In this document: positions 20,739 to 30,575 of the stretch, one piece after another | Layout of the letters: each line of letters begins with the position of its first letter | Position numbering within the stretch: position 1 is the stretch's first letter | Source: an uncultured Rhodospirillaceae bacterium | GTDB lineage: Bacteria; Pseudomonadota; Alphaproteobacteria; Rhodospirillales; UBA2165 | Assembly: GCA_964643045.1 (NCBI GenBank) | Contig: CAZXSC010000003.1 | Location: 1,993 to 65,992, forward strand | Length of the DNA stretch: 64,000 nucleotides | Direction: 5' to 3' | Program-made: the position numbers and the translations under genes | Notes under the pieces: model-generated | Seen by the model: the letters and a program-made list of their open reading frames with translations, nothing else | Database searches by the model: none | Told to the model about the DNA's origin: nothing

Positions 20739-21469
20739 AAAGACTTTTAATATTAGGCGGCACGAACGACGCTGCTAAACTAGCCAAGAACGCTGCTCAA
20801 TACACTAACTTAGAAATTATTTATTCACTTGCCGGTCGTACTAAAAATCCCAATCTACCCAGTTGCGAGACACGGATTGGAGGATTTGGGGGAATAGAAG
20901 GACTAACAAACTATCTTAGGGAATTTAGGATTGATTTAGTTATCGATGCTACTCATCCGTTTGCAATAACTATTTCTAAAAACGTCAAAGAAGCTTGTGT
21001 CAAATTCAACCTCCCATATATTAAGTTCCATAGAACTCCGTGGCCCTTGAACGACTATCACTGGACTTCGGCAAGCAATTATTCAGATGCCGCGGAAAAA
21101 CTCACTAGCATGGGAAATCGCATATTCTTATCTATCGGGACAAACAGGCTTAATGCGTTTAAAAATTTATCTGAAAAATGGTTTTTAATTCGAGCAATTG
21201 AAGAACCAAGTTCAGCTCTATTACTCAAGAATTACGAAATTATATTGGAACGTGGACCATTTGATACAGTTCACGAATACAATCTCCTTTTGAACTTTAA
21301 AATTGACGTTCTCGTTTCCAAGAACAGTGGTGGTATTGTTCCAAAAAAACTTCAAGCTGCCCAAGATCTCGGCATACCAATTCTTATGATCCAGCAACCT
21401 TTACTACCCAAAATAAAGGTCGCCGAAACGTTGCGAGATACTCTTAACTGGATCGAAAGAAACATATAA
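20735..21469 (+). CDS. cobK: precorrin-6A / cobalt-precorrin-6A reductase
   Basis: 244 aa. 'MKRLLILGGTNDAAKLA...' and 'IDATHPFA' are typical of CobK/CbiJ. Confidence 0.88.
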   Translation: MKRLLILGGTNDAAKLAKNAAQYTNLEIIYSLAGRTKNPNLPSCETRIGGFGGIEGLTNYLREFRIDLVIDATHPFAITISKNVKEACVKFNLPYIKFHRTPWPLNDYHWTSASNYSDAAEKLTSMGNRIFLSIGTNRLNAFKNLSEKWFLIRAIEEPSSALLLKNYEIILERGPFDTVHEYNLLLNFKIDVLVSKNSGGIVPKKLQAAQDLGIPILMIQQPLLPKIKVAETLRDTLNWIERNI

Positions 21470-21530
21470 ATTTATACTAGGGATCATATTTCCTTGAATT
21501 GAATTTTTATCACCAGCGATATTACATAAA

Positions 21531-22286
21531 TTAACGTGGTCGCAACAAATGCTTATAAGACTTATCATAAAGACGGCTTTCCACAAAATGTTCACTACCA
21601 AAAACATGCCCGACCATAATTAAAGCCGTCCGTGTAATTTTGGCTTCGCGAACTTTGGTTCTAATATTATCAAGTGTACCAGATACTATCTTTTGATCAG
21701 GCCAAGTAGCACGATAAACCACAAAAACAGGACAGTCACTTCCATAATGGGGCGATAGGTCCTCTATGATTTTCTTTAAATTTCGAACTGAAAGATGAAT
21801 GGCTAGCGTTGCCTTCGACGCTGCTAACAGGGCCAGTTCTTCTCCCTCTGGCACCCCTGACGCTTTACCACCCATCCTTGTGACTATTATTGTTTGTGAA
21901 ACCTCGGGAAGTGTAAGCTCTTGTCTAAGTACAGAAGCTACTGCGGCAAAAGCAGGGACGCCCGGTGTGACATCATAATCGATACCAAGATCATCAAGCC
22001 TGCGCATTTGTTCAGCAATTGCTCCATAAATAGAGGGGTCACCGGAATGAACTCTAGCTATATCAAGACCACGTTTATTAGCTTTATTTATCTTGTCAAT
22101 AATTTCGTCAAGGTGCAAAGAAGCCGTATCAATTACTTCGGCATCTTTTTGGACTTCTGCAATAATTTCTTTAGGCACGAGCGACCCAGCAAATAAGCAT
22201 ACTTGACACGTCTTGATATAGTTAAGACCGCGCAAAGTTATAAGATCTGGGGCTCCTGGACCCGCACCAATAAAATGAACAGTCAT
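21531..22286 (-). CDS. cobM: precorrin-4 C11-methyltransferase
   Basis: 251 aa with 'MTVHFIGAGPGAPDLITLRG' and 'VHSGDPSIYGA'. Confidence 0.93.
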   Translation of the reverse strand: MTVHFIGAGPGAPDLITLRGLNYIKTCQVCLFAGSLVPKEIIAEVQKDAEVIDTASLHLDEIIDKINKANKRGLDIARVHSGDPSIYGAIAEQMRRLDDLGIDYDVTPGVPAFAAVASVLRQELTLPEVSQTIIVTRMGGKASGVPEGEELALLAASKATLAIHLSVRNLKKIIEDLSPHYGSDCPVFVVYRATWPDQKIVSGTLDNIRTKVREAKITRTALIMVGHVFGSEHFVESRLYDKSYKHLLRPR

Positions 22287-24115
22287 TTGATACCTTTCTT
22301 CTCGACAGTATAGCCTCTTGGCGTGTACACGGATTCGGCGCCACCAGCATTCCTAAATCGTTTAGTTGTCGTATTACCTACCAACACCAGGGTCAACATA
22401 TCCACTAAATCGACATGCAAGTCGTTCAAGTTTATTACATCAATTTTTTCTTGGTCACGTCCCAGGTTCTTCGCCAAAACAACTGGCGTGTTTGGTGCTC
22501 GTGATTGCAATAAAATATCTCGGGCACGGCCTAATTGTTTACGGCGTTTTTTTGAAACTGGATTGTATAATGCTATCACAAAATCACCATCAGTAGCAGC
22601 TTTCAAACGCTTTTCAATCGAACTCCATGGGGTTAACAAATCAGATAATGAAATAGTACAAAAATCGTGCCCCAAAGGGGCACCGATCCTAGAAGCGGCT
22701 GCTTGCAATGCCGAGATACCTGGAAAAACACGGATCTCAACCCGTTGCCATTCGGACCTTACATCCCCTGATAGGCCCTCTTCAATCAACTCAAAGACAA
22801 GACAGGCCATGCCATAAATACCAGCATCACCACTTGAGATTAAGGCTACTTCTTTACCTTCTGATGCTAACCTAAGTGCTTCAGCAACTCTCGCTCGTTC
22901 TTCGCCCAGCTGATATTTATGACAGTTTTTGTTCTCAATCAGCGTGCCTAGTAGATCCAAATAAAGCTTATACCCAACAATATCTGTGGCACGATTAATC
23001 TCATTTGTTGCTTCTGGCGTTCGCCAATCATTACTACCCGGTCCAATACCCACAACAGCCAGCCGGCCACATCCTCGCCCTACATTCATGGGCTCAATGA
23101 TGCGTGGTGAAAGTGCTATCGCGCAAGTTATACCATTGCTTATTTGTTTAGGGACAATTAAGGTTGAATCATGGCCAGCCGCAGCAAAGGCTGCAGCTTC
23201 ACAAACACTGTGGGAGCCAACCGCATCGAACACATGCTCTGAAGGTTTGGAAATACGGGTGATTTCCCTCTCCAGCTCTGCTGCACTGAACAAGCGAACA
23301 GGCAAATCACTAGCAGAGCCCATCTCACGAATAGCAGTTTCATCTTCCTTTAGATCAATCGTTGCTATACATGCAATCGCGGCTACACTCAGTCTATTTT
23401 CCTCCAAAACAGAATATATAAATTTTCTTAAATCTTTAAAATCAACTCCTCTCTCACAACCAATCCCTAAAGCAAGAACGCTCGGCAGAATCACTAAATC
23501 GTTATTATGCTCCAGTGAACATGAGTGAGTTAAACGGATTGTTTGCGCCGACTTTTCAGAAAAAGGAAGACCGGCATTTAATAACCAACTTTTATCAACA
23601 CCAACTGCTGTCTCATCTTTTAAATTGACAGATTCGTCGTTCAATAAAGCCGCCATCACAGATTTTGCTTTATCCGAGCCTGCAATCCGCCATCCTTCCG
23701 GCGGATTATCAAGCATTATCCCAAAACGCGTATCACCCGCCGTCGTAATGGCTGAGTTTATATTCAAAGCGGAGGAAATAATTGTTGCCAAATCATTGGC
23801 CCCACGATGCCCACCTAATAAAGGCACCACTGACCGCCCATCTTCGGAGAGAGATAATACAGGTGGCTCGCGTGTTTTATCGGCTAGTATCGGAGCCAAA
23901 GCTCTAATAACAATACCTGAAGATGCGATGGCTATAATCGCATGACCCTGGGAAAAAAGATTTTGTATGTGATTAATAGTTCTTTCAAATTTCACATCCA
24001 CACTCGAAACACGTGTTTTAAGACCATGCACTTCTGAATTAGGGATATGAACTGCCAATTTTTGAGCCAGCGTTGCACCTTTTTCATTTAAAACAATGAA
24101 AACTGGATGTTTCAA
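22283..24115 (-). CDS. cobJ: fusion protein: full-length CbiG-like (cobalt-precorrin-5A hydrolase family) + precorrin-3B C17-methyltransferase (CobJ/CbiH)
   Basis: 610 aa. Residues 1 to about 340 are CbiG-like, including the CobE/CbiG C-terminal module 'LALGIGCERG...IATIDLKEDE'. Residues about 345-610 are a tetrapyrrole methylase, 'RLAVVGIGPGSNDWRTPEA...VALISSGDAGIYGMA'. Has 4-nt overlaps with both neighbours. Confidence 0.88.
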   Translation of the reverse strand: MKHPVFIVLNEKGATLAQKLAVHIPNSEVHGLKTRVSSVDVKFERTINHIQNLFSQGHAIIAIASSGIVIRALAPILADKTREPPVLSLSEDGRSVVPLLGGHRGANDLATIISSALNINSAITTAGDTRFGIMLDNPPEGWRIAGSDKAKSVMAALLNDESVNLKDETAVGVDKSWLLNAGLPFSEKSAQTIRLTHSCSLEHNNDLVILPSVLALGIGCERGVDFKDLRKFIYSVLEENRLSVAAIACIATIDLKEDETAIREMGSASDLPVRLFSAAELEREITRISKPSEHVFDAVGSHSVCEAAAFAAAGHDSTLIVPKQISNGITCAIALSPRIIEPMNVGRGCGRLAVVGIGPGSNDWRTPEATNEINRATDIVGYKLYLDLLGTLIENKNCHKYQLGEERARVAEALRLASEGKEVALISSGDAGIYGMACLVFELIEEGLSGDVRSEWQRVEIRVFPGISALQAAASRIGAPLGHDFCTISLSDLLTPWSSIEKRLKAATDGDFVIALYNPVSKKRRKQLGRARDILLQSRAPNTPVVLAKNLGRDQEKIDVINLNDLHVDLVDMLTLVLVGNTTTKRFRNAGGAESVYTPRGYTVEKKGIK

Positions 24116-24831
24116 ATTTTTAACTCCAATATCTCCCCACTCATGTAAACTATGATCATTGAAAAATATGGTGCATTATCAACTTGGAGATTGTTTAAAG
24201 TTGCAACCTGCTGATTTTCGAAAGTTGCTCTCTCAATATAATACGCATTATCAGTAGCCCCAATTTTGTTGAGAACATTCCTTATTTTCTTTAAATGACG
24301 CCCAACTTTTACTATCACCGCAACATTGGTTGCTAATAATTTCTCTTCTAAAATAACCTCATCTAACGGTCCTGGAATCACAGAAATAGTGTCGTTACGG
24401 GCGGCTAAGGGCAACCCCAACTGAGCCGCACAAGCTGTCAATGAAGTAACTCCAGGCACCACCTTAACGACATAATGAATGGATAACCTTGCAAACAAGT
24501 ACATAAAGGATCCATAAAAAAATGGATCCCCTTCACATAAGACTGCTATAACTTTGCCAGCATCTGCTGCCGCACCAATCTCGGCCGCCGCCTTGTCAAA
24601 AACATCTTGAGCAGGATAGCGCTCAATTTCCATTGGGATTGAGATAATAATTTCTTCTTGATTTTCTGTCAGATGAATATCGATTATTGAACGAGCTATA
24701 CTGTCGCCACCACGCAATACCGGATATGCTATAACATCAGCATTTTTTAATACTTTTAAGGCTTTGAGAGTGATCAGATCTGGATCACCCGGGCCAACAC
24801 CGAGGCCCCATATCTTTATATCTTCATTCAT
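24112..24831 (-). CDS. cobI: precorrin-2 C20-methyltransferase
   Basis: 239 aa with 'IWGLGVGPGDPDLITLKALKVLKNADVIAYP' and 'CEGDPFFYGSF'. Confidence 0.9.
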   Translation of the reverse strand: MNEDIKIWGLGVGPGDPDLITLKALKVLKNADVIAYPVLRGGDSIARSIIDIHLTENQEEIIISIPMEIERYPAQDVFDKAAAEIGAAADAGKVIAVLCEGDPFFYGSFMYLFARLSIHYVVKVVPGVTSLTACAAQLGLPLAARNDTISVIPGPLDEVILEEKLLATNVAVIVKVGRHLKKIRNVLNKIGATDNAYYIERATFENQQVATLNNLQVDNAPYFSMIIVYMSGEILELKI

Positions 24832-26024
24832 TCTTTGATTATTTTTATTTGAGTTACTGGCTTAGAGGGCTGCCAGCTTGTAAATTCCCCAACAGAACCT
24901 GCCCGAGAAATTTCTATTTTTCTTAGATCCCCTCCGAGCTTTTTTCGAATGTCGGCTAAAAGTCTCTCACCTTCAAAAGTCACGGCATTAGCGACCAGAC
25001 GCCCCCCCGGCTTGAGATTTTGCCAACAATATTCGACTAGCCCACCAGAAGTTAACCCGCCTCCAATAAAAATGGCGTCGGGCGAGGGCAATCCAAGAAG
25101 TTCTTTTAATGCTTCTCCATAGACAACTTTTAATTCTGGCGTACCTAATGCTAAGGCGTTCTTGTTAATCGTTTCGAGACGGTCCATATTCTTCTCAATA
25201 GCAAAAGCTCTAGCATTAGTAGTCGCCCGCAACCACTCGATCGAGATCGAACCACAACCCGCACCGATATCCCACAACATCTGGCCTGGCATAGGTGCCA
25301 ATGCAGAGACGGTTATTGCCCTGATTTCGCCTTTTGTTAACTGGCCATCATGCTCAAAAACCTCATCTGGCAATCCTGGGATTCGAGATCTGGGCTCAAT
25401 ACCTCTATCTAAAAGGCATTCAATCGCAATTGAGTTTAAATCAGGAATCACATCGTAGGCCCAATTTGAAGCTATACCCTCAAAACGTGATTCATGTGGC
25501 CCTCCCAAATGGGAAAAAGCTACAAGTGCGCTATTGCCATATCCCGAACTATCTAAAAGTGCAGCAATTTGGGCGGGCGACCCACCGTCATTGGCTAATG
25601 TGATAATTTTATTTGCGGGCAGTATGAAGGAGCGTAAACAATTTATATCCCTGGCATGAACGGTTAAACACTCCACCTCTGAGAGAGGCCAAACCATTCG
25701 GGCAGCAACGTAGGAGAAGGCAGAAGGAGATGGGATTATTCTTATATCAGCTGAACCGTAGCGACGGCCTAATGTAGCCCCAATACCAAACCACATCGGA
25801 TCACCTGTCGCAACAGCCACAACATTTTTACCCTTGAGCCTGTCAAGTTCTGCAAAACTATTTCGAAGTGGTGTCTTCCAAACCATCCCTTTCTTACCAA
25901 TAAGATTTAGGTGGCGTTCGCCACCAAACAAATATTCTGCCTGATCAATAGCATTTTGGGCAATACTTCCGAGGCCCTGCAAACCATCTTCACCAATACC
26001 AACAATTGTGAGCCATGCCGTCAT
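24828..26024 (-). CDS. cobL: precorrin-6Y C5,15-methyltransferase (decarboxylating), CbiE+CbiT-type two-domain protein
   Basis: 398 aa. N-terminal tetrapyrrole-methylase half plus a C-terminal class-I SAM MTase half with 'MLWDIGAGCGSISIEW'. Confidence 0.9.
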   Translation of the reverse strand: MTAWLTIVGIGEDGLQGLGSIAQNAIDQAEYLFGGERHLNLIGKKGMVWKTPLRNSFAELDRLKGKNVVAVATGDPMWFGIGATLGRRYGSADIRIIPSPSAFSYVAARMVWPLSEVECLTVHARDINCLRSFILPANKIITLANDGGSPAQIAALLDSSGYGNSALVAFSHLGGPHESRFEGIASNWAYDVIPDLNSIAIECLLDRGIEPRSRIPGLPDEVFEHDGQLTKGEIRAITVSALAPMPGQMLWDIGAGCGSISIEWLRATTNARAFAIEKNMDRLETINKNALALGTPELKVVYGEALKELLGLPSPDAIFIGGGLTSGGLVEYCWQNLKPGGRLVANAVTFEGERLLADIRKKLGGDLRKIEISRAGSVGEFTSWQPSKPVTQIKIIKE

Positions 26025-26650
26025 AAATCACCTTCAAATAAAATGGCATTAATTGCGGCGGCAGCCAAAGCGGAACCACCTTTCCTACCATGAAGCGTAA
26101 TAAATGGGATGTCCCGATTTTTGTCAGCTAAATAGGCTTTTGATTCAGCGGCTCCTACAAATCCTACTGGAAAACCAAATATAGCAGCCGGCCGGGGACA
26201 TTTGGCATCCTGCAGCATATCAATCAGGTGAAATAGAGCCGTGGGGGCGTTGCCTATAGAAATGATGGAACCTTTTAAATAAGGCCGCCACAACTCTACA
26301 GCTGCTGCTGACCGAGTTGTCGCAAGAGTTAGCGCAAGTTCCGACACATTTTCTTCACTGAGAGTACATATAATTTTGGATGCTACAGGCAAGTTATCTT
26401 TGTTAATTCCAGCGTCGACCATAGTCGAGTCAACAATGACCGGGGCCTCTTTCCTAAAAGCTATTCTAGCCGCTCCCGCAACATCTCCCTTCCAAAAAAT
26501 ATCATCCACAATTTCAGGCATACCGGTTGAGTGAACTAAGCGTATAACTATATTATGAAGCTCTTCGGGGAATCGTGACAAATCCACTTCTCGCGCAATT
26601 ATGGCGAACGACTTCCTATATATTTTTGCCGGGTCCCGCAAATAACTCAT
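26021..26650 (-). CDS. cobH: precorrin-8X methylmutase
   Basis: 209 aa. 'IVIRLVHSTGM', 'IGNAPTALF' and 'GFPVGFVGAAESK' are typical of CobH/CbiC. Confidence 0.92.
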   Translation of the reverse strand: MSYLRDPAKIYRKSFAIIAREVDLSRFPEELHNIVIRLVHSTGMPEIVDDIFWKGDVAGAARIAFRKEAPVIVDSTMVDAGINKDNLPVASKIICTLSEENVSELALTLATTRSAAAVELWRPYLKGSIISIGNAPTALFHLIDMLQDAKCPRPAAIFGFPVGFVGAAESKAYLADKNRDIPFITLHGRKGGSALAAAAINAILFEGDL

Positions 26651-26721
26651 GACTAAAACCTATCGATCTGTGTTTATACAGTAGCGGTTTCTATCGGCGG
26701 ATGCATACTATTAATTTCAAT

Positions 26722-27825
26722 CTAACTATTTTTCTTGCCAAATTCTTCCCGAAGCAAACGCTCTTCATCTATGATTTTCTGGGGGAACTGACTCATAAAG
26801 CAACAGCAAACATTTTGATCAATCATCGTCCTTGGACCGTTCGGATGTGCTATATGTTTGTACTTTTCATGTGCATGAGTGTGGGAATGATTATGTGAGT
26901 CGTCGGAAATGTCATCATGTATGTGACTATGCATTCCCGGTGATTCTTCGTCTTCTGGATCTATAATCGGCTGGTACTCTGCATGGTGGTGCTGTACTTT
27001 CACTTCGCCATGAGCAAGACGATCTTTAAATGAGGCCATGAGATTATATTCATTTGAAATAGACCCAACCCTTGCTTCTTCGATGCGACCAACAAATGTA
27101 TCTATGACTAGTTCATGATCCGAAAGATAATCAGCTTTATAAATTTCAACTTGCGGATAATTTGCAGCTACTTTGTCAACATAATTATATACTCTATCAA
27201 TTAGCCGCCCCGAAAAAAGAAAATACGGTGCTACCACTATCTTTTTGTAACCCAATTTTATAATCATTTCGAGTCCGTGACCTACAGATGGAAAAGTAAC
27301 GCCTGAATAGACGGTTTCAGACCATCCGAAGCCCAGATCCTCCGAAACTATCCGTGTTAGCTTAGATACCTCTGCATTTGCGTAGGTGTCTGATGTACCT
27401 CGACCGACGACCACTAACATTGTATCGTATAAATCTCCAATGTGAACGTGATCCATAGCAAGGGCTTCGAGAATTCTGGACTCGAAAGCATTTACCATCT
27501 TAGAATCTAAGGCTAACTCGCGCCCATATATTATTTCCAATCCAGGATTGTTCTGCATATACGTCATCAAAACAGAGGGAATATCATTTTTTGCATGGCT
27601 GGCAGCAAATAACATGCCAGGAACGGCTATAATTTTTTCAACACCCGCATCACGAAGTACGTCCAAGCTCATGTGAATATTGGGGGCTGAATATTCCAGA
27701 AAACCATATTCCACAGGTATACCGTCAAACCTATTTTTCAAGGCGACAGCCAATGAACTAAACTCTTCTTCCGCCCTTTTAGAACGACTACCATGACCAC
27801 AGATTAATATACCAATTTTTGTCAT
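26722..27825 (-). CDS. cbiX: CbiX-type (class II) chelatase, long two-lobe form with His-rich / Cys-rich C-terminal tail
   Basis: Two CbiX lobes, 'ILICGHGSRS' and 'MLVVVGRGTSD'. The C-terminal tail reads 'HHHAEY...GMHSHIHDDISDDSHNHSHTHAHEKYKHIAHP...NVCCCF'. The track ORF opens with GTG at 27828, directly followed by ATG at 27825. Confidence 0.8.
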   Translation of the reverse strand: MTKIGILICGHGSRSKRAEEEFSSLAVALKNRFDGIPVEYGFLEYSAPNIHMSLDVLRDAGVEKIIAVPGMLFAASHAKNDIPSVLMTYMQNNPGLEIIYGRELALDSKMVNAFESRILEALAMDHVHIGDLYDTMLVVVGRGTSDTYANAEVSKLTRIVSEDLGFGWSETVYSGVTFPSVGHGLEMIIKLGYKKIVVAPYFLFSGRLIDRVYNYVDKVAANYPQVEIYKADYLSDHELVIDTFVGRIEEARVGSISNEYNLMASFKDRLAHGEVKVQHHHAEYQPIIDPEDEESPGMHSHIHDDISDDSHNHSHTHAHEKYKHIAHPNGPRTMIDQNVCCCFMSQFPQKIIDEERLLREEFGKKNS

Positions 27826-28085
27826 CACTACCCTTTTTAACTTGTCTTCAAGATTAAATTAAAATCATGGCAATGCAAACGTAGTATGAAATATTTTGGG
27901 ATTTCCTCCCAAATATTAGCAATCAAGTTTATCGCATAACAAATTCTTTAGACAGATATTGATTTCGAGTCAAAACTTTATGTAATGACCCAAGCCATAA
28001 TGGATTGTTCGAATTATCCAAAATATTTAAGGCAAAATAGTCCGATCGAATTGACGGTTCAAGAGGTGCCTGCTAGGAATCCCTT

Positions 28086-29075
28086 ATGCTTGAATTATCA
28101 ATATTTCCCATTCTCCTGTTAGCATTAATGATCGATGCTATATTTGGCGAACCAAAAGTTATCTATCGCTATATCCAACATCCTACCCAAATAATGGGTT
28201 TGGTGATAGATGAATTAGAAAAACGCTTTAATCATGCCGGTGATAGCAAACATATCCGACGTATTAAAGGATCTCTTTTAGCTCTAGTCTTGATAAGCTT
28301 GTCAGGCGTTATTGGATGGGGCTTGGCCTATTTATTCTCAAAAATTCCATTTGGTTGGGCTTTTGAGGCAATAATTCTCTCAACGATGATCGCAGCGAAA
28401 AGCCTTTATGAACACGTCTTCAATGTGGCTAAAATACTAAAAGAAGACAATATTAAAGACGCTCGCATTGCTGTAAGCCAGATTGTTGGCCGCGATACAG
28501 TAGACCTCGACGAACACGGTATCGCTCGGTCTACTATCGAATCTTTAGCTGAAAATTTCTCCGATGGTGTCCTTGCTCCAATATTTTGGACAATTCTTTT
28601 TGGTTTACCCGGAGCTTTAACATATAAAATGCTGAATACAGCAGACAGCATGATTGGTTACAAAAATGAAAAATTTTTCTATTTTGGATGGACCGTTGCT
28701 CGGCTGGATGATGCAATTAACTTTATACCTGCGCGGATTACTGCTCTAATGTTATTGTTTGCAGCCTTAGTATGGGGACATAACGATGCCAGAAGATCAT
28801 GGCGAGCTATCCGAAGAGATGCATCTAAATTAGAATCTGTAAATGCAGGATATCCAGAAGCAGCAATGGCGGGCGCCCTGAATGTTAGGCTAGCAGGTCC
28901 AAGAGATTATGATAATAGATCTTTTGATGGCGATTGGATCGGTGTGGCAAATGAGGGTAGTACCGCCGATGTAACGTTCGAAGATATCGATAAAAGTTTG
29001 AGGCTTTATGTTAATGCATACCTTATATCAATTGGGTTAATAATATTTGTTACTACCTGGATTACGCAGAGTTAG
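28086..29075 (+). CDS. cbiB: adenosylcobinamide-phosphate synthase (membrane)
   Basis: 329 aa, polytopic. 'LLLALMIDAIFGEP' and 'ADSMIGYKN' are characteristic of CbiB/CobD. Confidence 0.92.
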   Translation: MLELSIFPILLLALMIDAIFGEPKVIYRYIQHPTQIMGLVIDELEKRFNHAGDSKHIRRIKGSLLALVLISLSGVIGWGLAYLFSKIPFGWAFEAIILSTMIAAKSLYEHVFNVAKILKEDNIKDARIAVSQIVGRDTVDLDEHGIARSTIESLAENFSDGVLAPIFWTILFGLPGALTYKMLNTADSMIGYKNEKFFYFGWTVARLDDAINFIPARITALMLLFAALVWGHNDARRSWRAIRRDASKLESVNAGYPEAAMAGALNVRLAGPRDYDNRSFDGDWIGVANEGSTADVTFEDIDKSLRLYVNAYLISIGLIIFVTTWITQS

Positions 29076-29114
29076 CCTGATAGAAAAATTAGGATTAGTA
29101 AAAAAGATTGATAT

Positions 29115-30572
29115 TTAACGAGCGGTGGCCAGTAGTTGGTCTATATCTATTGCTTTTTCAAAAGCTTCAGCTATAGCATCAAGAGATTCTTCGACTTGAA
29201 GCTCATAGGCTAGATCCGATACATCTCGTTCCCTAACACTAAAAAGAAAAGCATGACGAAATGCATCATTAGCAAATAAACCATGTACATAACATCCGCT
29301 TACTTTGCCGTCGCGGGACACTGCTCCCATATTTCTATTACTAATCAAACCAAAAGGACGGTCACAATCAGCTCCGTTGGTTTTACCGGCATGCATTTCA
29401 TAACCCTGAAATTCACCGAATCCTTGGCTTGAAATAGCCATCACTTCGACTAGTTCTTTATCACTGCTAATTTCAGTTTTAACATTTAGCAATCCTAGAC
29501 CTTTGATTGAGGTTAAATCGCTTTCAAGATTTTCAGGATCTTTTATGCAATTACCAAGCATCTGAAAGCCTGCACAGATCCCAAAAACAGCGCCCCCTCG
29601 TCTCACATGTCCCAAAATATCAATATCCCAACCTTGTAATCTGAGATCAGCTAGGTCAGGTATAGTCGTTTTTGAACCTGGCAATATTATTATATCGGCA
29701 TTACTGGGCAAAACTTCTCCGCGATTGATAAATTTCAAATCAACATCTGGCTCAGCGATAAGTGGATCAAAATCATCATAGTTAGAAATATATGCCAGTT
29801 TCGGGACTACGATTCTAATAGGTCCCCCAACTTTCTTAATCCGTGTACTCTCCAAAGAATAAACATCTTCTTGAGGTAAGTTGGCAGCTTCCAGCAAATG
29901 AGGGATTACACCAAAACAAGGTAGGCCTGTTTTTTGGTGTATAACGTCGATACCGCTTTCAAACAGGCTTATGTCTCCACGAAACTTATTAATAATATAA
30001 CCCGTAACTAGTTGACGCTCCTCAAGGGGTAATAGTTCCCATGTACCTACAATGCTGGCTATTACACCGCCCTTATCAATATCAGCCACGAGCACCACCG
30101 GTGTCTGTGTCTTTATAGCAAATCCCATATTAGCTATATCATTTTCTCGAAGATTAATTTCTGCGGCACTTCCAGCACCTTCAATTAGTAAGATGTCCGA
30201 TTCGCTTTTTAATCGCTCTGCCGATGTCACAACAATATTCAATAAATCGGCTTTCTTTTTCTGGTAATCCGTAGCAGGGAAATTACCTTCGACCCTACCA
30301 AGAACCACTAATTGGGACCCAATATCAGATTGAGGCTTCAAAAGCACGGGGTTCATATCAACATGAGGCGGTATCCTGCATGCCTTTGCTTGCAACGCTT
30401 GGGCACGGCCAATTTCTCCCCCACCAGTCGTTACCGCAGCGTTGTTCGACATATTCTGGGGCTTGAAAGGTTTTACTTTCATGCCCCTTCTCACCAAAGC
30501 CCGGCAAAGCCCGGTAACCACCAAAGATTTCCCCACATCTGACCCAGTGCCTTGAAACATCAGAGCTTTCAT
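29115..30572 (-). CDS. cobQ: cobyric acid synthase
   Basis: 485 aa. 'MFQGTGSDVGKSLVVTGLCR' plus a GATase-like C-terminus 'GICAGFQMLG'. Confidence 0.94.
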   Translation of the reverse strand: MKALMFQGTGSDVGKSLVVTGLCRALVRRGMKVKPFKPQNMSNNAAVTTGGGEIGRAQALQAKACRIPPHVDMNPVLLKPQSDIGSQLVVLGRVEGNFPATDYQKKKADLLNIVVTSAERLKSESDILLIEGAGSAAEINLRENDIANMGFAIKTQTPVVLVADIDKGGVIASIVGTWELLPLEERQLVTGYIINKFRGDISLFESGIDVIHQKTGLPCFGVIPHLLEAANLPQEDVYSLESTRIKKVGGPIRIVVPKLAYISNYDDFDPLIAEPDVDLKFINRGEVLPSNADIIILPGSKTTIPDLADLRLQGWDIDILGHVRRGGAVFGICAGFQMLGNCIKDPENLESDLTSIKGLGLLNVKTEISSDKELVEVMAISSQGFGEFQGYEMHAGKTNGADCDRPFGLISNRNMGAVSRDGKVSGCYVHGLFANDAFRHAFLFSVRERDVSDLAYELQVEESLDAIAEAFEKAIDIDQLLATAR

Positions 30573-30575
30573 GAG

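Noticed and set aside
22986-23528. Long antisense ORFs inside strongly assigned genes. Examples from the track are 22986-23528, 508-840, 9066-9659, 9696-10040, 30763-31245, 36578-37081, 39321-39728, 41914-42219 and 46312-46620.
   Set aside because: They lie entirely opposite genes with full-length family resemblance. Their translations are low-complexity (Ser/Pro/Thr/Ile-rich) with no recognisable motifs. They are shadow ORFs.
27829-28085. A possible second cobalamin riboswitch in the divergent cbiX / cbiB intergenic region ('aagaGGTGCCtgctaGGAATCCC' just before cbiB).
   Set aside because: Only a short fragment-like resemblance lies 30 nt from the ATG. There is no GGGAA-GGTGAA core, no CCCGC-ACTGTAA element and no B12 box on either strand.
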